Source of the DNA: a virus
Taxonomy: Duplodnaviria > Caudoviricetes
IMG/VR virus record: IMGVR_UViG_3300019874_000002
Coordinates: 54,720-118,719 of that record
Length of the DNA stretch: 64,000 nucleotides
Reading direction: 5' to 3' (one strand)
Made by a program: the position numbers and the translations under genes. Positions 31,801-40,383 of this stretch are shown piece after piece (within the stretch, counting starts at the first letter, position 1; each line of letters begins with the position of its first letter). The notes under the pieces are model-generated. The model searched no databases, was not told where the DNA came from, and was given only the letters and a program-made list of their open reading frames with translations.

Positions 31801-33265
31801 CCTGCCCAGTATTGTAATCAGTGAACGCTTTGAGAGTCGCTTCTGACGTCTTTTGCAATTTACGTTTCAACGTTGACCGTGCGGCGCTGTCATTGCTGAC
31901 GATACCGAGCTTTTGCGCAATCAAATCAAACACACCATCTATCGTCGCATCGGTGTGATCACCTGGAGCGTAATCGTAAGTGTTGTCAGAAGAGAACGAA
32001 TTCTGTGCGTCCGTCGCCGTATACACGGCCATCAATTGCGACGCATTCAAACGCTCAAGCTGATTATCTTTCCACAGAGACCCTAGATCACGCTTACGAG
32101 TCAGAAGCAAACCAGACTCTGGGATAATCGCGCCACGCATCCTGCGCTGCGCCACACCACCCTTAGAACCTCTTTTGATTAACCCCATTTGATGCATCGC
32201 CACAGTCATCCGCACAGCTAGATCATTTGGGTCGTCGCCCAACATCATATCGGAAGCAAGCGGCGAAAATTCATCGGCCATCTGCTCTGCTTTAATGTAG
32301 AACGCATTACGATGAATCTCTAATTTCTCTGCGGACGCTGTTGCAGCGGCTTGAACCTTTGGATCCTCGTGGAGTGCTTTCCTATAGCGCCCCATCAATC
32401 CACGAATAACCTCTAGAATGTCTTCTGGAGATTCGACATCTCCATATTGAGGGTCACCCACAAAGAGGTCGGCATTCGTTCTAAAAAACTCCTCCGTCGC
32501 CTCTTCAAATCCAATATTGCGACCTCCAATCTTCACAGAGATATTATGCAAACCTCCAGCCTTCTCCACGTCATTTCTCGTAATCCCAAACGAGCTTAAA
32601 ACGTTGTCATAATTATCATGCCACCATTCCATGAAATTATGGTCAGCTTCGCTCAACGCATCGCTATGCAATAACGCGTCGTGTAGATCAAGCTGGTCAT
32701 GCGCTGCAAATGGCTGAGGCATGTAATACTGTCGAAAATGCTCTACAACATTATCTGGTGTCGCTTGCTTTGTGAAACTACCGTGTGGTCGCTCTCCATA
32801 CCGGACATTGCCTTTATCATCCCTCCAAAACTTACCGCCACGCGAACCAGCGCGCTCCACATGAACGTAACCGCTCGGTGTAAGTTTTCGCTCCACAGGC
32901 GCGGAGCTAGACATCTTGTGTTTACCTGTTGCAGCTTGCTCGCTCGGATTGCCTCCGTACCGTCCACCAATTGGCGAATTGGACATTTTCGGCAGCTTTG
33001 GCTCTGCTTTGAAAAGCAAACGTCCGTCGCTTGTGACGACAAACGATCCGGCCGCAGACTTTTCGATACCGTCTTCTTCGAGCACAGCCATTACGTCTGC
33101 TTCTAAAGCAGACATCCGAGCACGATACAGCGCGTTCAAATCATCAGATAAAGTTTGCGTGACAGCGTGACGCATTGGCCGCATTGGAATACGCAACGTA
33201 GCTTTGATGAGCAAATCGTCTCCGATTTGCAAACCCTCAAGTAATGCGTCATCGTCAATCGACAT
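28874..33265 (-). CDS. SNF2-family (SF2) helicase/translocase, head-cluster protein
   Basis: DAGMGKS (I), FIDEAH (II), MTATP (III), GGAGLNLQ (V), PWNP...QAIGRQWRTGQ (VI). Confidence 0.9.
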   Translation of the reverse strand: MSIDDDALLEGLQIGDDLLIKATLRIPMRPMRHAVTQTLSDDLNALYRARMSALEADVMAVLEEDGIEKSAAGSFVVTSDGRLLFKAEPKLPKMSNSPIGGRYGGNPSEQAATGKHKMSSSAPVERKLTPSGYVHVERAGSRGGKFWRDDKGNVRYGERPHGSFTKQATPDNVVEHFRQYYMPQPFAAHDQLDLHDALLHSDALSEADHNFMEWWHDNYDNVLSSFGITRNDVEKAGGLHNISVKIGGRNIGFEEATEEFFRTNADLFVGDPQYGDVESPEDILEVIRGLMGRYRKALHEDPKVQAAATASAEKLEIHRNAFYIKAEQMADEFSPLASDMMLGDDPNDLAVRMTVAMHQMGLIKRGSKGGVAQRRMRGAIIPESGLLLTRKRDLGSLWKDNQLERLNASQLMAVYTATDAQNSFSSDNTYDYAPGDHTDATIDGVFDLIAQKLGIVSNDSAARSTLKRKLQKTSEATLKAFTDYNTGQDPHFADVFKMKMNDVAGKSDIMDDHLVNVAKEQARIVKILAAQEDDSFDVPLTMKDGIWNGKTLKDPNDPSKGVWEPFGYQKKYINWMMAVKRGVIAQDAGMGKSPTVIAFMEQLRAQGKDIPAVMFLPPSLMEQWPGVIAKFAPESADKILNLSGFSLEERKVALQSDLAKKARYIFISSGTLTGDVPDPNASEDENDGTGGSDHEMVKILQNLEGAVFIDEAHSGGYKKAGNTRHEIAKAVMQDREYAFGMTATPMPNDPMDLYHLANLFAPDSVGDQELWSGRMAGVAWNEDDQAYRVSNPEHLADLNKRLKPFVFYKSITDPDVVADMGKGLTKRVGVSESKEQWPDEGDLALSKVVSSENGLSQNDYFKEDGVIDTMVKLRIERLIKERRAKIEAREINPSTGERYEEHNEGALALMAGGMQMMLQRQASISPALIDASYRKSDGGIAHTPKLKAFCDDVIAHFSNSGQGGKAAKGIVAFCSFPQKAFPIIRKALAERGIDPSLIDTIAGDVAPSERGYIQDKYNKGHSKVLLTGTVSGGAGLNLQEGGNKTLFIDEPWNPAQKRQAIGRQWRTGQTEDVHEKTYRSVGTYDMMVEQKIAGKQAMVGALLGKELPTSATFDVEGSVHDLMRRVQGATFSEAQIKTIMENAKSYDLASPGQKEAEETVGSVGLSKHAKKIEALGEDWKESAAAGGRGGLSAQLTDKDFEPSKEGKANLKKRGAHALTKNFDEKEFRGQWELDRNKRNSKQKFQMANLMEQVYRDKGDNDKADHYAKQAEGLQKEYPELASEKPKTGSKKEAKGKVKAVAEQPKAAEKPKQATATVGTAERTVEKKTAQKQQKDSEDWNASPIPKGSEPSKVTSKKPNLGLEFHSSDNPFKEGSTRKVKGSEISQGEAHHFFERLTKTRSGDWNEFIKKELKPIWDDEDGRNPFSNDKAEEYMQKVVGALQSQGLMTQSMVAFGEKKKEGKS

Positions 33266-33269
33266 TTAT

Positions 33270-34574
33270 CTACCCTTCACCGTTACCCTGCGTACGGATT
33301 GGCTCGTCGTCGCCAATACCAAGATGCCCACTCTTTTCGATGTAGTCAGCGACCTCTTGGTCCGTTCCAGTTTCCCAAATCACAAGCTCATTCGTGCCAC
33401 CCTTCTTAATTGGAGGCTCGTTCCGATTTCCGGAAGTGAGCGGCTTGTGAGGGACAAATGGCTTGATGGGTGATGGTCCGCGCGGAGGTAGCTTCGCACC
33501 TCCACCAGGCAATCCTTTCGCAATCAACGCCTTCCTGCCAGCGAGATACGCGATATGATCACCTGCCTCCAGACGAGTCATCTCCGATTTGGAGATCTTG
33601 TACCAACCATCTTTCATCTCGTCAACGTTCATACCCATCTGAACCATTTCGCTTTTGCTGATTGGGTATTCCTCTTGGTCCCCAGCTTCAGGACCGTTGC
33701 AGCTCTTGAGCAGTGGCGCAATTGCATCATGCTCCGATACGCCAGAACCAGGACGAGACGGCTCTACTTGACCGTCACCTCCAGAATGCGGATTGTCATT
33801 GTCGTCCACAACAAATTGAGGCCCTAGCCCTTTGTGGAGATCTTCATGCGTCAAGCCGTGCTTACAATGCACGCAATTGGTAATTGGAGAGTTGGAATCA
33901 TTTCCAAGCTCAGCCTTAAACAGATCAGATATTGCACTCTTTGTCATGTCGTTTTCTCCTTCAGATTTACTTGTGTATGGCTGCAGAGCGCCACTCGTTT
34001 GACGATGAGCAACAGCCAAATTTTTGTGTACGGCTGCTTGCGAGACGTTTCCGGCGATCCTGTGAAATTCATGTGCGCGTTCGTGTTCTCCTGCCGCGTC
34101 ATGATGCAAGAAAGCTTGCACGTGCGTCGGCCGCGATTGGCTCATATTAGCTAATGACGATTTTTGATGAGCCGATTTACCAGCAGTAACAGCCGCTGCA
34201 CCGTATCCGCCATCATCTTTTGGCCCAGACCCAGGACCACCCTTCGCAATACTCACCTTTGGTTTCATCTTCGTATGTCCTTCCTTTCTACGTTGCTTAT
34301 TCACCGTTGCAGCGGCAATACTTTCACTTGCTCCGCTATCTTTAATATGATTGTACTGCCTCTCATCCTTCGCATTCCACCCAGCGCCTTTTTTTACATC
34401 CGGCGTTTTAGACTTCTTTTCCTCTTCCTTTGCAGCGTGAAACTTTGGATTGACGTCAGCATTATCGTGCATTGGAACCTTCACAACGCGCGGCATATGC
34501 CCAACCGGAGCATCTACAGGCTCCCCAATATGATCGTTCGGACCATTCTTCTTTTTGTCAATCTTAACAGCCAT
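33270..34574 (-). CDS. Low-complexity internal head protein
   Basis: ATG at 34574 with AGGAG RBS; many K[SAG] sites, KGGPGSGP motif, His/Ala-rich helix. Confidence 0.6.
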   Translation of the reverse strand: MAVKIDKKKNGPNDHIGEPVDAPVGHMPRVVKVPMHDNADVNPKFHAAKEEEKKSKTPDVKKGAGWNAKDERQYNHIKDSGASESIAAATVNKQRRKEGHTKMKPKVSIAKGGPGSGPKDDGGYGAAAVTAGKSAHQKSSLANMSQSRPTHVQAFLHHDAAGEHERAHEFHRIAGNVSQAAVHKNLAVAHRQTSGALQPYTSKSEGENDMTKSAISDLFKAELGNDSNSPITNCVHCKHGLTHEDLHKGLGPQFVVDDNDNPHSGGDGQVEPSRPGSGVSEHDAIAPLLKSCNGPEAGDQEEYPISKSEMVQMGMNVDEMKDGWYKISKSEMTRLEAGDHIAYLAGRKALIAKGLPGGGAKLPPRGPSPIKPFVPHKPLTSGNRNEPPIKKGGTNELVIWETGTDQEVADYIEKSGHLGIGDDEPIRTQGNGEG

Positions 34575-34584
34575 TACCAACTCC

Positions 34585-36675
34585 TTATTGTGCCACAGGC
34601 TGACCTGGCTTTGAAGACTTCACAGGCTTTACTTCTGACGTTCCAGAAGAAGGCTGACCTTCCAGTACCTTCCCGGTGATCACATCGAACAGCAACCCAA
34701 AGTAATCACCATCTAATCCATGAGCATCACCAAATTCGGCCAAATGTGTACTCATAAACGATACAAACTTCTGTCTCGCATCTTCGCCATATTTCTTCTG
34801 CATCTGCATAACGATTTTCTGAATCACTGCACGTTGTACATTCAATGCAGAACAAAACTCTGCGACATTTAATGTATGTTTTGGAGCCTGTGGTTTCGAA
34901 GGATCAGGTGCACGCACATCCTTCTGATCTGGTTTTTCCGGATGGTCTGCAGCAATAGGTTCCTGGTCTGCATTTGGAGATGGCAAATCAGGATGTGGTA
35001 ATTTCGTTTCTTCTTTTTTGCCAGCTTGCATTTCTGCAGGATTACCGTTTGGTTGCTGTGACGATTGAGGTTTAGCTCCCTGCTCTCCTGGATAATTATA
35101 TCTCACCTGGCCACCACTACCGAGCTTTTTGGAGCTAGCTCCAATGACCTTTGAGCCAACCTTTTTATTACTTGCTTCACGTTGATCGTCGGACATCTTA
35201 GGCAATGCCTTTACCAGCACAGCCTTCCTAAATGGAACAGTCATCCGCTTGCCTCCAATCGATAACGCGACTGAATCGAAATTAATGTCGACAGGCTCAA
35301 AACGCTCCAATGGCGTTTTGTCTTTCTTTCCGATATATGCAAGCGTTACGTGCGGTGTAAAACCATGAACACTTCCGGACGTCAGTCCAGCTTGGCGCAA
35401 CAGCTCCATCAAACTAGAATGCAATCTCGTAATGTCTGGTGAATCAACAGACAAATAAATAACATCCTTACCTTCCGACGATTCACTAGCACTGAACCGC
35501 CCAACGCCGCTCAATGAAGCCTTGATACCGAGCGCTAGACTTGTAAATTTACGAACAACAGCAGCCGCGGCTTTCTTCCGCTTCTCGGTCAATCCTTTAC
35601 CAAGATACGCGAGCGTAATGTGCATCGACTCTGGGGACTCACCGCCGCGGATAGCGATTTTATTTGCAATCTTGTCCGGTAAGTGCAGCGCGATCATCGT
35701 ACCGCTGTGCGCTCCGCCTTTAATAATCAGAGTCGGCATCAACTGGTTAGCTTGTGCTAAAATCTTTACGTCTACGTCGTCATTTAATAGCTCTAAAGCT
35801 TCAACCAACGTAACCCATTTCGCTGCTTCAACCTCTTCACCGTCAACACGAGTGACAACACTCCTAGGTGTCATAACGTAGTAATCGCAAGTACCGCCGT
35901 CATTATGTGTAAACCGCCCAAGTTTTCTATCGATTTCGCACGGTAGTCCTGTTTCTTCTTTTACCTCGCGCAACGCCGTCTCGACATTATTTTCGTACTG
36001 ATTTGGATAACCTTTTGGAAACGTCCAATCATACCCACCAAATCCATTAGTAGGTTTAATCAACAAAACCTTCCCATCAGAATTCATTACAATCCCACCC
36101 CCACAAACTCTCGTCGTGTCTTTATCTAAAACACGATTTACAAATGCGCCCTGCATCAACTGTCTGTAATTACCAGGAACGCGCTCCACCGTGTCGTCTC
36201 CAGACGGCCCCCAAACTCGTGTTGTAGATTCTGGCGCGTCTTCTAATTCTGCGGTCGCATCTCCGTACTGAGGAAGTGGAGACTGTCTAGACCCAATCTC
36301 TTGATTGAAAACTTCCTGTTCTCGGTCCGCCCTCTCTGCATCAAACTTCGACGTCAATCGTTGCTCTGCCTCTTCCAATTGCGTACAGAAATCCAATATC
36401 GCCACGTCGTCACTATCAAGAGGTTTTGCTGTAAAACCATTACCGTTTAATGCAAAAAGGAACGGCCGATCGTGAGAATACAAAACACCTCGGTAGCCTA
36501 GCTTCGTACGCTCGACAAATACTCTGTCAATTGGTTTCACTGTCGACAGTTCGCGAACGTCATCTCTAATCACGTCGTAAATACCAACCGGCGCTGCCTC
36601 CAAATCACCACGAACTGGTTTGGCGTTTACAATCAGTAGTTTTGGATGCACTGAAAGCATCGTGCTATTTTTCAT
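34585..36675 (-). CDS. Nudix hydrolase + 2H phosphoesterase (2'-5' RNA ligase/Acb1-like) fusion
   Basis: Nudix box GYPNQYENNVETALREVKEETGL; two HxT motifs HITLAY and HVTLAY. Confidence 0.88.
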   Translation of the reverse strand: MKNSTMLSVHPKLLIVNAKPVRGDLEAAPVGIYDVIRDDVRELSTVKPIDRVFVERTKLGYRGVLYSHDRPFLFALNGNGFTAKPLDSDDVAILDFCTQLEEAEQRLTSKFDAERADREQEVFNQEIGSRQSPLPQYGDATAELEDAPESTTRVWGPSGDDTVERVPGNYRQLMQGAFVNRVLDKDTTRVCGGGIVMNSDGKVLLIKPTNGFGGYDWTFPKGYPNQYENNVETALREVKEETGLPCEIDRKLGRFTHNDGGTCDYYVMTPRSVVTRVDGEEVEAAKWVTLVEALELLNDDVDVKILAQANQLMPTLIIKGGAHSGTMIALHLPDKIANKIAIRGGESPESMHITLAYLGKGLTEKRKKAAAAVVRKFTSLALGIKASLSGVGRFSASESSEGKDVIYLSVDSPDITRLHSSLMELLRQAGLTSGSVHGFTPHVTLAYIGKKDKTPLERFEPVDINFDSVALSIGGKRMTVPFRKAVLVKALPKMSDDQREASNKKVGSKVIGASSKKLGSGGQVRYNYPGEQGAKPQSSQQPNGNPAEMQAGKKEETKLPHPDLPSPNADQEPIAADHPEKPDQKDVRAPDPSKPQAPKHTLNVAEFCSALNVQRAVIQKIVMQMQKKYGEDARQKFVSFMSTHLAEFGDAHGLDGDYFGLLFDVITGKVLEGQPSSGTSEVKPVKSSKPGQPVAQ

Positions 36676-39600
36676 TTTCGCACACGCTTTCTAATGACGA
36701 TAGCCTTTGCCACTACAGGAGCGTCCTTGCCAAAGACTTTACGAACTGACGACGCGACGCGCGTCAATAGTCCAGGCTTCTTTCCTTTCACTGGAGGCGC
36801 AGCATCAAATTCTCCTTGAGGTAGTTTCTTGGCAGATTCACGCATATTGTGCTGCGTGTCTATTGCCTGCTTTGCTTCCCTATTGCGGCGTTTCTCCTCT
36901 TCAGACATATTTGCATTTTTTGCATGCGCGCGGTCCACTGATTCTTGGCGCTCCCTAGCCTTCCGTCGGTCGTCTTCGTAAAAGTGTTGCTGCTTCTGTG
37001 CTTGAGTCATCCCGGCTAGTGGGTCAAACGGCTTGTGCACATAACGAGGTCTTTCCTTTGAAAGCTTCTCCAATGGAGACAACTCTCTTGGTTCCTCAGG
37101 CTCCTCACGAATTCTTTGATTGTTTCCAATCACAAAATCTGGCGTATCTGCGTACTGCTGTTCCACAGAAGCCGATACGGCCGGTTCATTCTCCTCGTCG
37201 CTACCAATCCGATGGTGCCCAATACGTGTAATCGCTTCACGCTCCACCGCGGCACTGGCATCTGCGCGCGCTTGATTCTTTGCTTCTCGTTCATGATAGC
37301 GTGCAGCGGCTTTGTCCTTTGATTCTTTGTAAAACGCGGCACGATTCTCCAGGTCTTTTTGCGTCTCAACGTACGTAGTTTTGACCTCGCCACGACGTTT
37401 AATACGCTCAGCCTCCAACTCTTTCTTTACTTTTACCTTCGCTTCTTTCACCGCCGTCACAACGGCTTTATGCTCGTCATGCTCACCAGCAAGCTTTGCA
37501 ATCTTCCGGTCTAATGAGCCATGCTTCTTTTTGTCGACAGTTTTCTTTTGTGCCTTGAGCGCAGCCATCTTCTCTTTAATCGTCTTCATCTGGTCACGGT
37601 GCGCAGCCTCTGTATAGCTGTGAGTCTCAAGTTGCTTTTGATGTCCACGCAAACGCTCTCTTGCGTCAACAACATGGCGTGCAACATTTGAACGTTCCGA
37701 GTCTTCTGCGCCTTGCTTTCCATAAACAACATCACCATGGTCATTACGGTACCAAATACCGCCACGCGACCCCGGTTGCTTGACGATATTAATGTGCTTT
37801 AGGATATCGCTCAGAGCATCATATGCGTCAATGCACTCTGCAAATGCCTTTGCTAGATCGCTCCCCTTCGCAACCTTCAAAGCCTTCCGTTGCTCCTGCT
37901 CAAACTCCACAATGTGCAAACGATTCTCGTGCTGCCTATACGCAGCATGTTGCCTCGTTTTCCAGGTTGCCAAATCATTACTCGTCGGCATATCGCGCAC
38001 CGCCAAACGCGACATGTACTCTTTAACCATTGGATGCGCCCCACCAAGAGCATTAGCGGCGGCAGTAAATTGAGCTACCGCTTCTTGGTCTGCACCTTTG
38101 GTATTATGCAGTTTAACAGCTGCTTCGTGCAACTGCACAACACCGACTTTTTCATGCCAATTCGTATTACCTTTAGCATCCGTCACCCACGCACCAACAT
38201 CTTGCGCGGCCTGCATTGTACCATGCGCTTGTTCATGCACTGGTGCCAGATTAGGAATCTGCTTGAGATTCTGAACTAGCTTGTAATGCTCATTCAAAAC
38301 CTCTGCTTTCTGCTGCAGCTGCTTTGGGAGCGTTACATTCTTTATTTGCGCTGGCAGATTCAAATCATTTGCGATGCCAAGCTTTACAGCCAAATCTCGA
38401 TTGGAACCTGGTTGCTTAAAAAACGTAATCGCTGGATGCTCGTGAGCACGAACATGTTGAACCTTCGGCTCCGCCAGCTTGGGCATTTGAGCCACAGGAA
38501 CGGCCGTCCGATCCTCAATCTCTCGACGATTGAGTTTTGCCACCTTCGACTCGAGACGAAGCCACTTTTCAACCACCAATCCATCCGGTGTCAAACCGCC
38601 TTGTCGCGTCTTCAATCTATTATTTACGTGCTCTAAAGCTGCGGCGTACCACTTCTCCAAATGGTATCCTTGCTTATCAACAGAGAGTGTCCCTAGCAGC
38701 GCCTTCTTTCCTTTGGGCAGCTCTACAGTGACACCAGCAAGCTTTGTGGCAATTGATGAAACACCATGCTCGCTACCAGTCCACGGACGGCCCCAATGCA
38801 ATCCAGCTTTGCCGTACTTCTCTTGATGCCTCGCGCGTTGCTCATTGAACGCGTGCTCTTGTGATTTATCAGGATGCGAGTCGTCATCGTCCATCCACAA
38901 ACGCGATTCTAACGCATAACGCATATGTGGCGGTAGATCGGCGATAGCTTCTCGAATAATCTTCTTTGCAATTGGCTCGTAGTGATGCAGCTCAAAATGC
39001 TCCCTCGGAGAAATCATCTTCGGAGCTTTGTACTCCTCCTCCTCGTGGAGATCTTCAAGCGCTGTTGCCCCAAGCTCAATCGCGGCTTGCTTCGCAAACT
39101 GCTCGAGATGGTTCTTAATCGCGTTCTCTGCGCGCAAATCAAAACGGCTGTACTGGCCTTTTGGCTCGTCATTTGGAACGTATTTGTTCGCTTGATCGAG
39201 GAGCACTGCGACAGCTTCATTAAACATGTCACGCTCGCGATCATACATATAACGCTTAGCAGATGACTCCGCCAACTTTCCAGCATAACCCTCCCTATGC
39301 GTTACCTCATCCATTTCTCTATAGATGTCCGTCGAAGCGAACACACTACCAAACTTGCGAGTCCACCTTCGGATAAAAGGCGCCCATTCCTTCAACAACT
39401 GCTCACGAACGCGTTTGCTCTTATTGTCAGGGTTCCAAATTCCCAATGTAATGAGCGTCGTCAGCGGCCGACCTTCTGTTCGTGAAAGCTCATGTTGCAA
39501 TTGCGCAGGAGAATCAAACTTATTCACCGCCCACATTGGAAGCGGACTGATCTCGCGTTTACCTACAACCTCGTCGAATTGACCTTCGCGATCAGCTCGA

Positions 39601-40382
39601 GCTTTCGCCTGACCAGCTTCCGTCTTGGCGTGACTTGGTTTTAGCGCTCGCAGTGACGCGTCGAGATACGCCGTCGCAATCACGAGCGGATCCTCTTCTG
39701 CAGTTAAAGGCTCTCCGATTGATGTCCGGTTCTCCGGTAGCCTCTTAGGCACATTGTGGATACCCAACTCTTCAATCGTCGGTTCAATCTCGTAAACACC
39801 GTACGGTCCGTGTTCATGCACCTCACGCACACCACCGAGGGGCCGATCGTGTGTTCCAGTTGCTGGCAGTTCAATCTTGTCTTTGGTCGGCACGGGCTCA
39901 CGAGGCTGTGCTTCGACCTTATATTGCGTAATCTTCTTTGGGAGTCCTTCCTCACTACCGCCGTATGCTCTAGCAACGGATGAATCCCTAAACTCAAACG
40001 AAGTGTACCCTTTGTGTCTTTGAACTGGATCAACAACGACTTTGCCCCTGTCTGTTGTCCGAGTCCGGTACTCAATCAGTAAACCACGCTTCTGCCAAAA
40101 CCTGCCGCCCTCTTTGAAACCGTATTCCCCGAACAACTCCCTATTAATTATCTCCCTGATTGCAGCTTGCCCAGTGACTTGACCCTTCTCGTCAAGCTCA
40201 TTTTCATTGGGGTAAACATATTCAACCGTTCCATCCGAGAGCGTGATCTTTGCAATGTATTTGTGCGCCGCACCTTTAACAGACTTCTCGTCATATCGAA
40301 CATTGCCATGCTCGTCTAAACGAAACTTAGCACCCCTTGCCCCAGGGCGCTTTACGTTCTCTGCTTTGAAAAGGAGCAGCAT
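36672..40382 (-). CDS. Large head-cluster protein containing sigma70-like region 2/4 segments
   Basis: 1236 aa directly after portal; sigma similarity by motif inspection only. Confidence 0.6.
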   Translation of the reverse strand: MLLLFKAENVKRPGARGAKFRLDEHGNVRYDEKSVKGAAHKYIAKITLSDGTVEYVYPNENELDEKGQVTGQAAIREIINRELFGEYGFKEGGRFWQKRGLLIEYRTRTTDRGKVVVDPVQRHKGYTSFEFRDSSVARAYGGSEEGLPKKITQYKVEAQPREPVPTKDKIELPATGTHDRPLGGVREVHEHGPYGVYEIEPTIEELGIHNVPKRLPENRTSIGEPLTAEEDPLVIATAYLDASLRALKPSHAKTEAGQAKARADREGQFDEVVGKREISPLPMWAVNKFDSPAQLQHELSRTEGRPLTTLITLGIWNPDNKSKRVREQLLKEWAPFIRRWTRKFGSVFASTDIYREMDEVTHREGYAGKLAESSAKRYMYDRERDMFNEAVAVLLDQANKYVPNDEPKGQYSRFDLRAENAIKNHLEQFAKQAAIELGATALEDLHEEEEYKAPKMISPREHFELHHYEPIAKKIIREAIADLPPHMRYALESRLWMDDDDSHPDKSQEHAFNEQRARHQEKYGKAGLHWGRPWTGSEHGVSSIATKLAGVTVELPKGKKALLGTLSVDKQGYHLEKWYAAALEHVNNRLKTRQGGLTPDGLVVEKWLRLESKVAKLNRREIEDRTAVPVAQMPKLAEPKVQHVRAHEHPAITFFKQPGSNRDLAVKLGIANDLNLPAQIKNVTLPKQLQQKAEVLNEHYKLVQNLKQIPNLAPVHEQAHGTMQAAQDVGAWVTDAKGNTNWHEKVGVVQLHEAAVKLHNTKGADQEAVAQFTAAANALGGAHPMVKEYMSRLAVRDMPTSNDLATWKTRQHAAYRQHENRLHIVEFEQEQRKALKVAKGSDLAKAFAECIDAYDALSDILKHINIVKQPGSRGGIWYRNDHGDVVYGKQGAEDSERSNVARHVVDARERLRGHQKQLETHSYTEAAHRDQMKTIKEKMAALKAQKKTVDKKKHGSLDRKIAKLAGEHDEHKAVVTAVKEAKVKVKKELEAERIKRRGEVKTTYVETQKDLENRAAFYKESKDKAAARYHEREAKNQARADASAAVEREAITRIGHHRIGSDEENEPAVSASVEQQYADTPDFVIGNNQRIREEPEEPRELSPLEKLSKERPRYVHKPFDPLAGMTQAQKQQHFYEDDRRKARERQESVDRAHAKNANMSEEEKRRNREAKQAIDTQHNMRESAKKLPQGEFDAAPPVKGKKPGLLTRVASSVRKVFGKDAPVVAKAIVIRKRVRK

Positions 40383-40383
40383 G

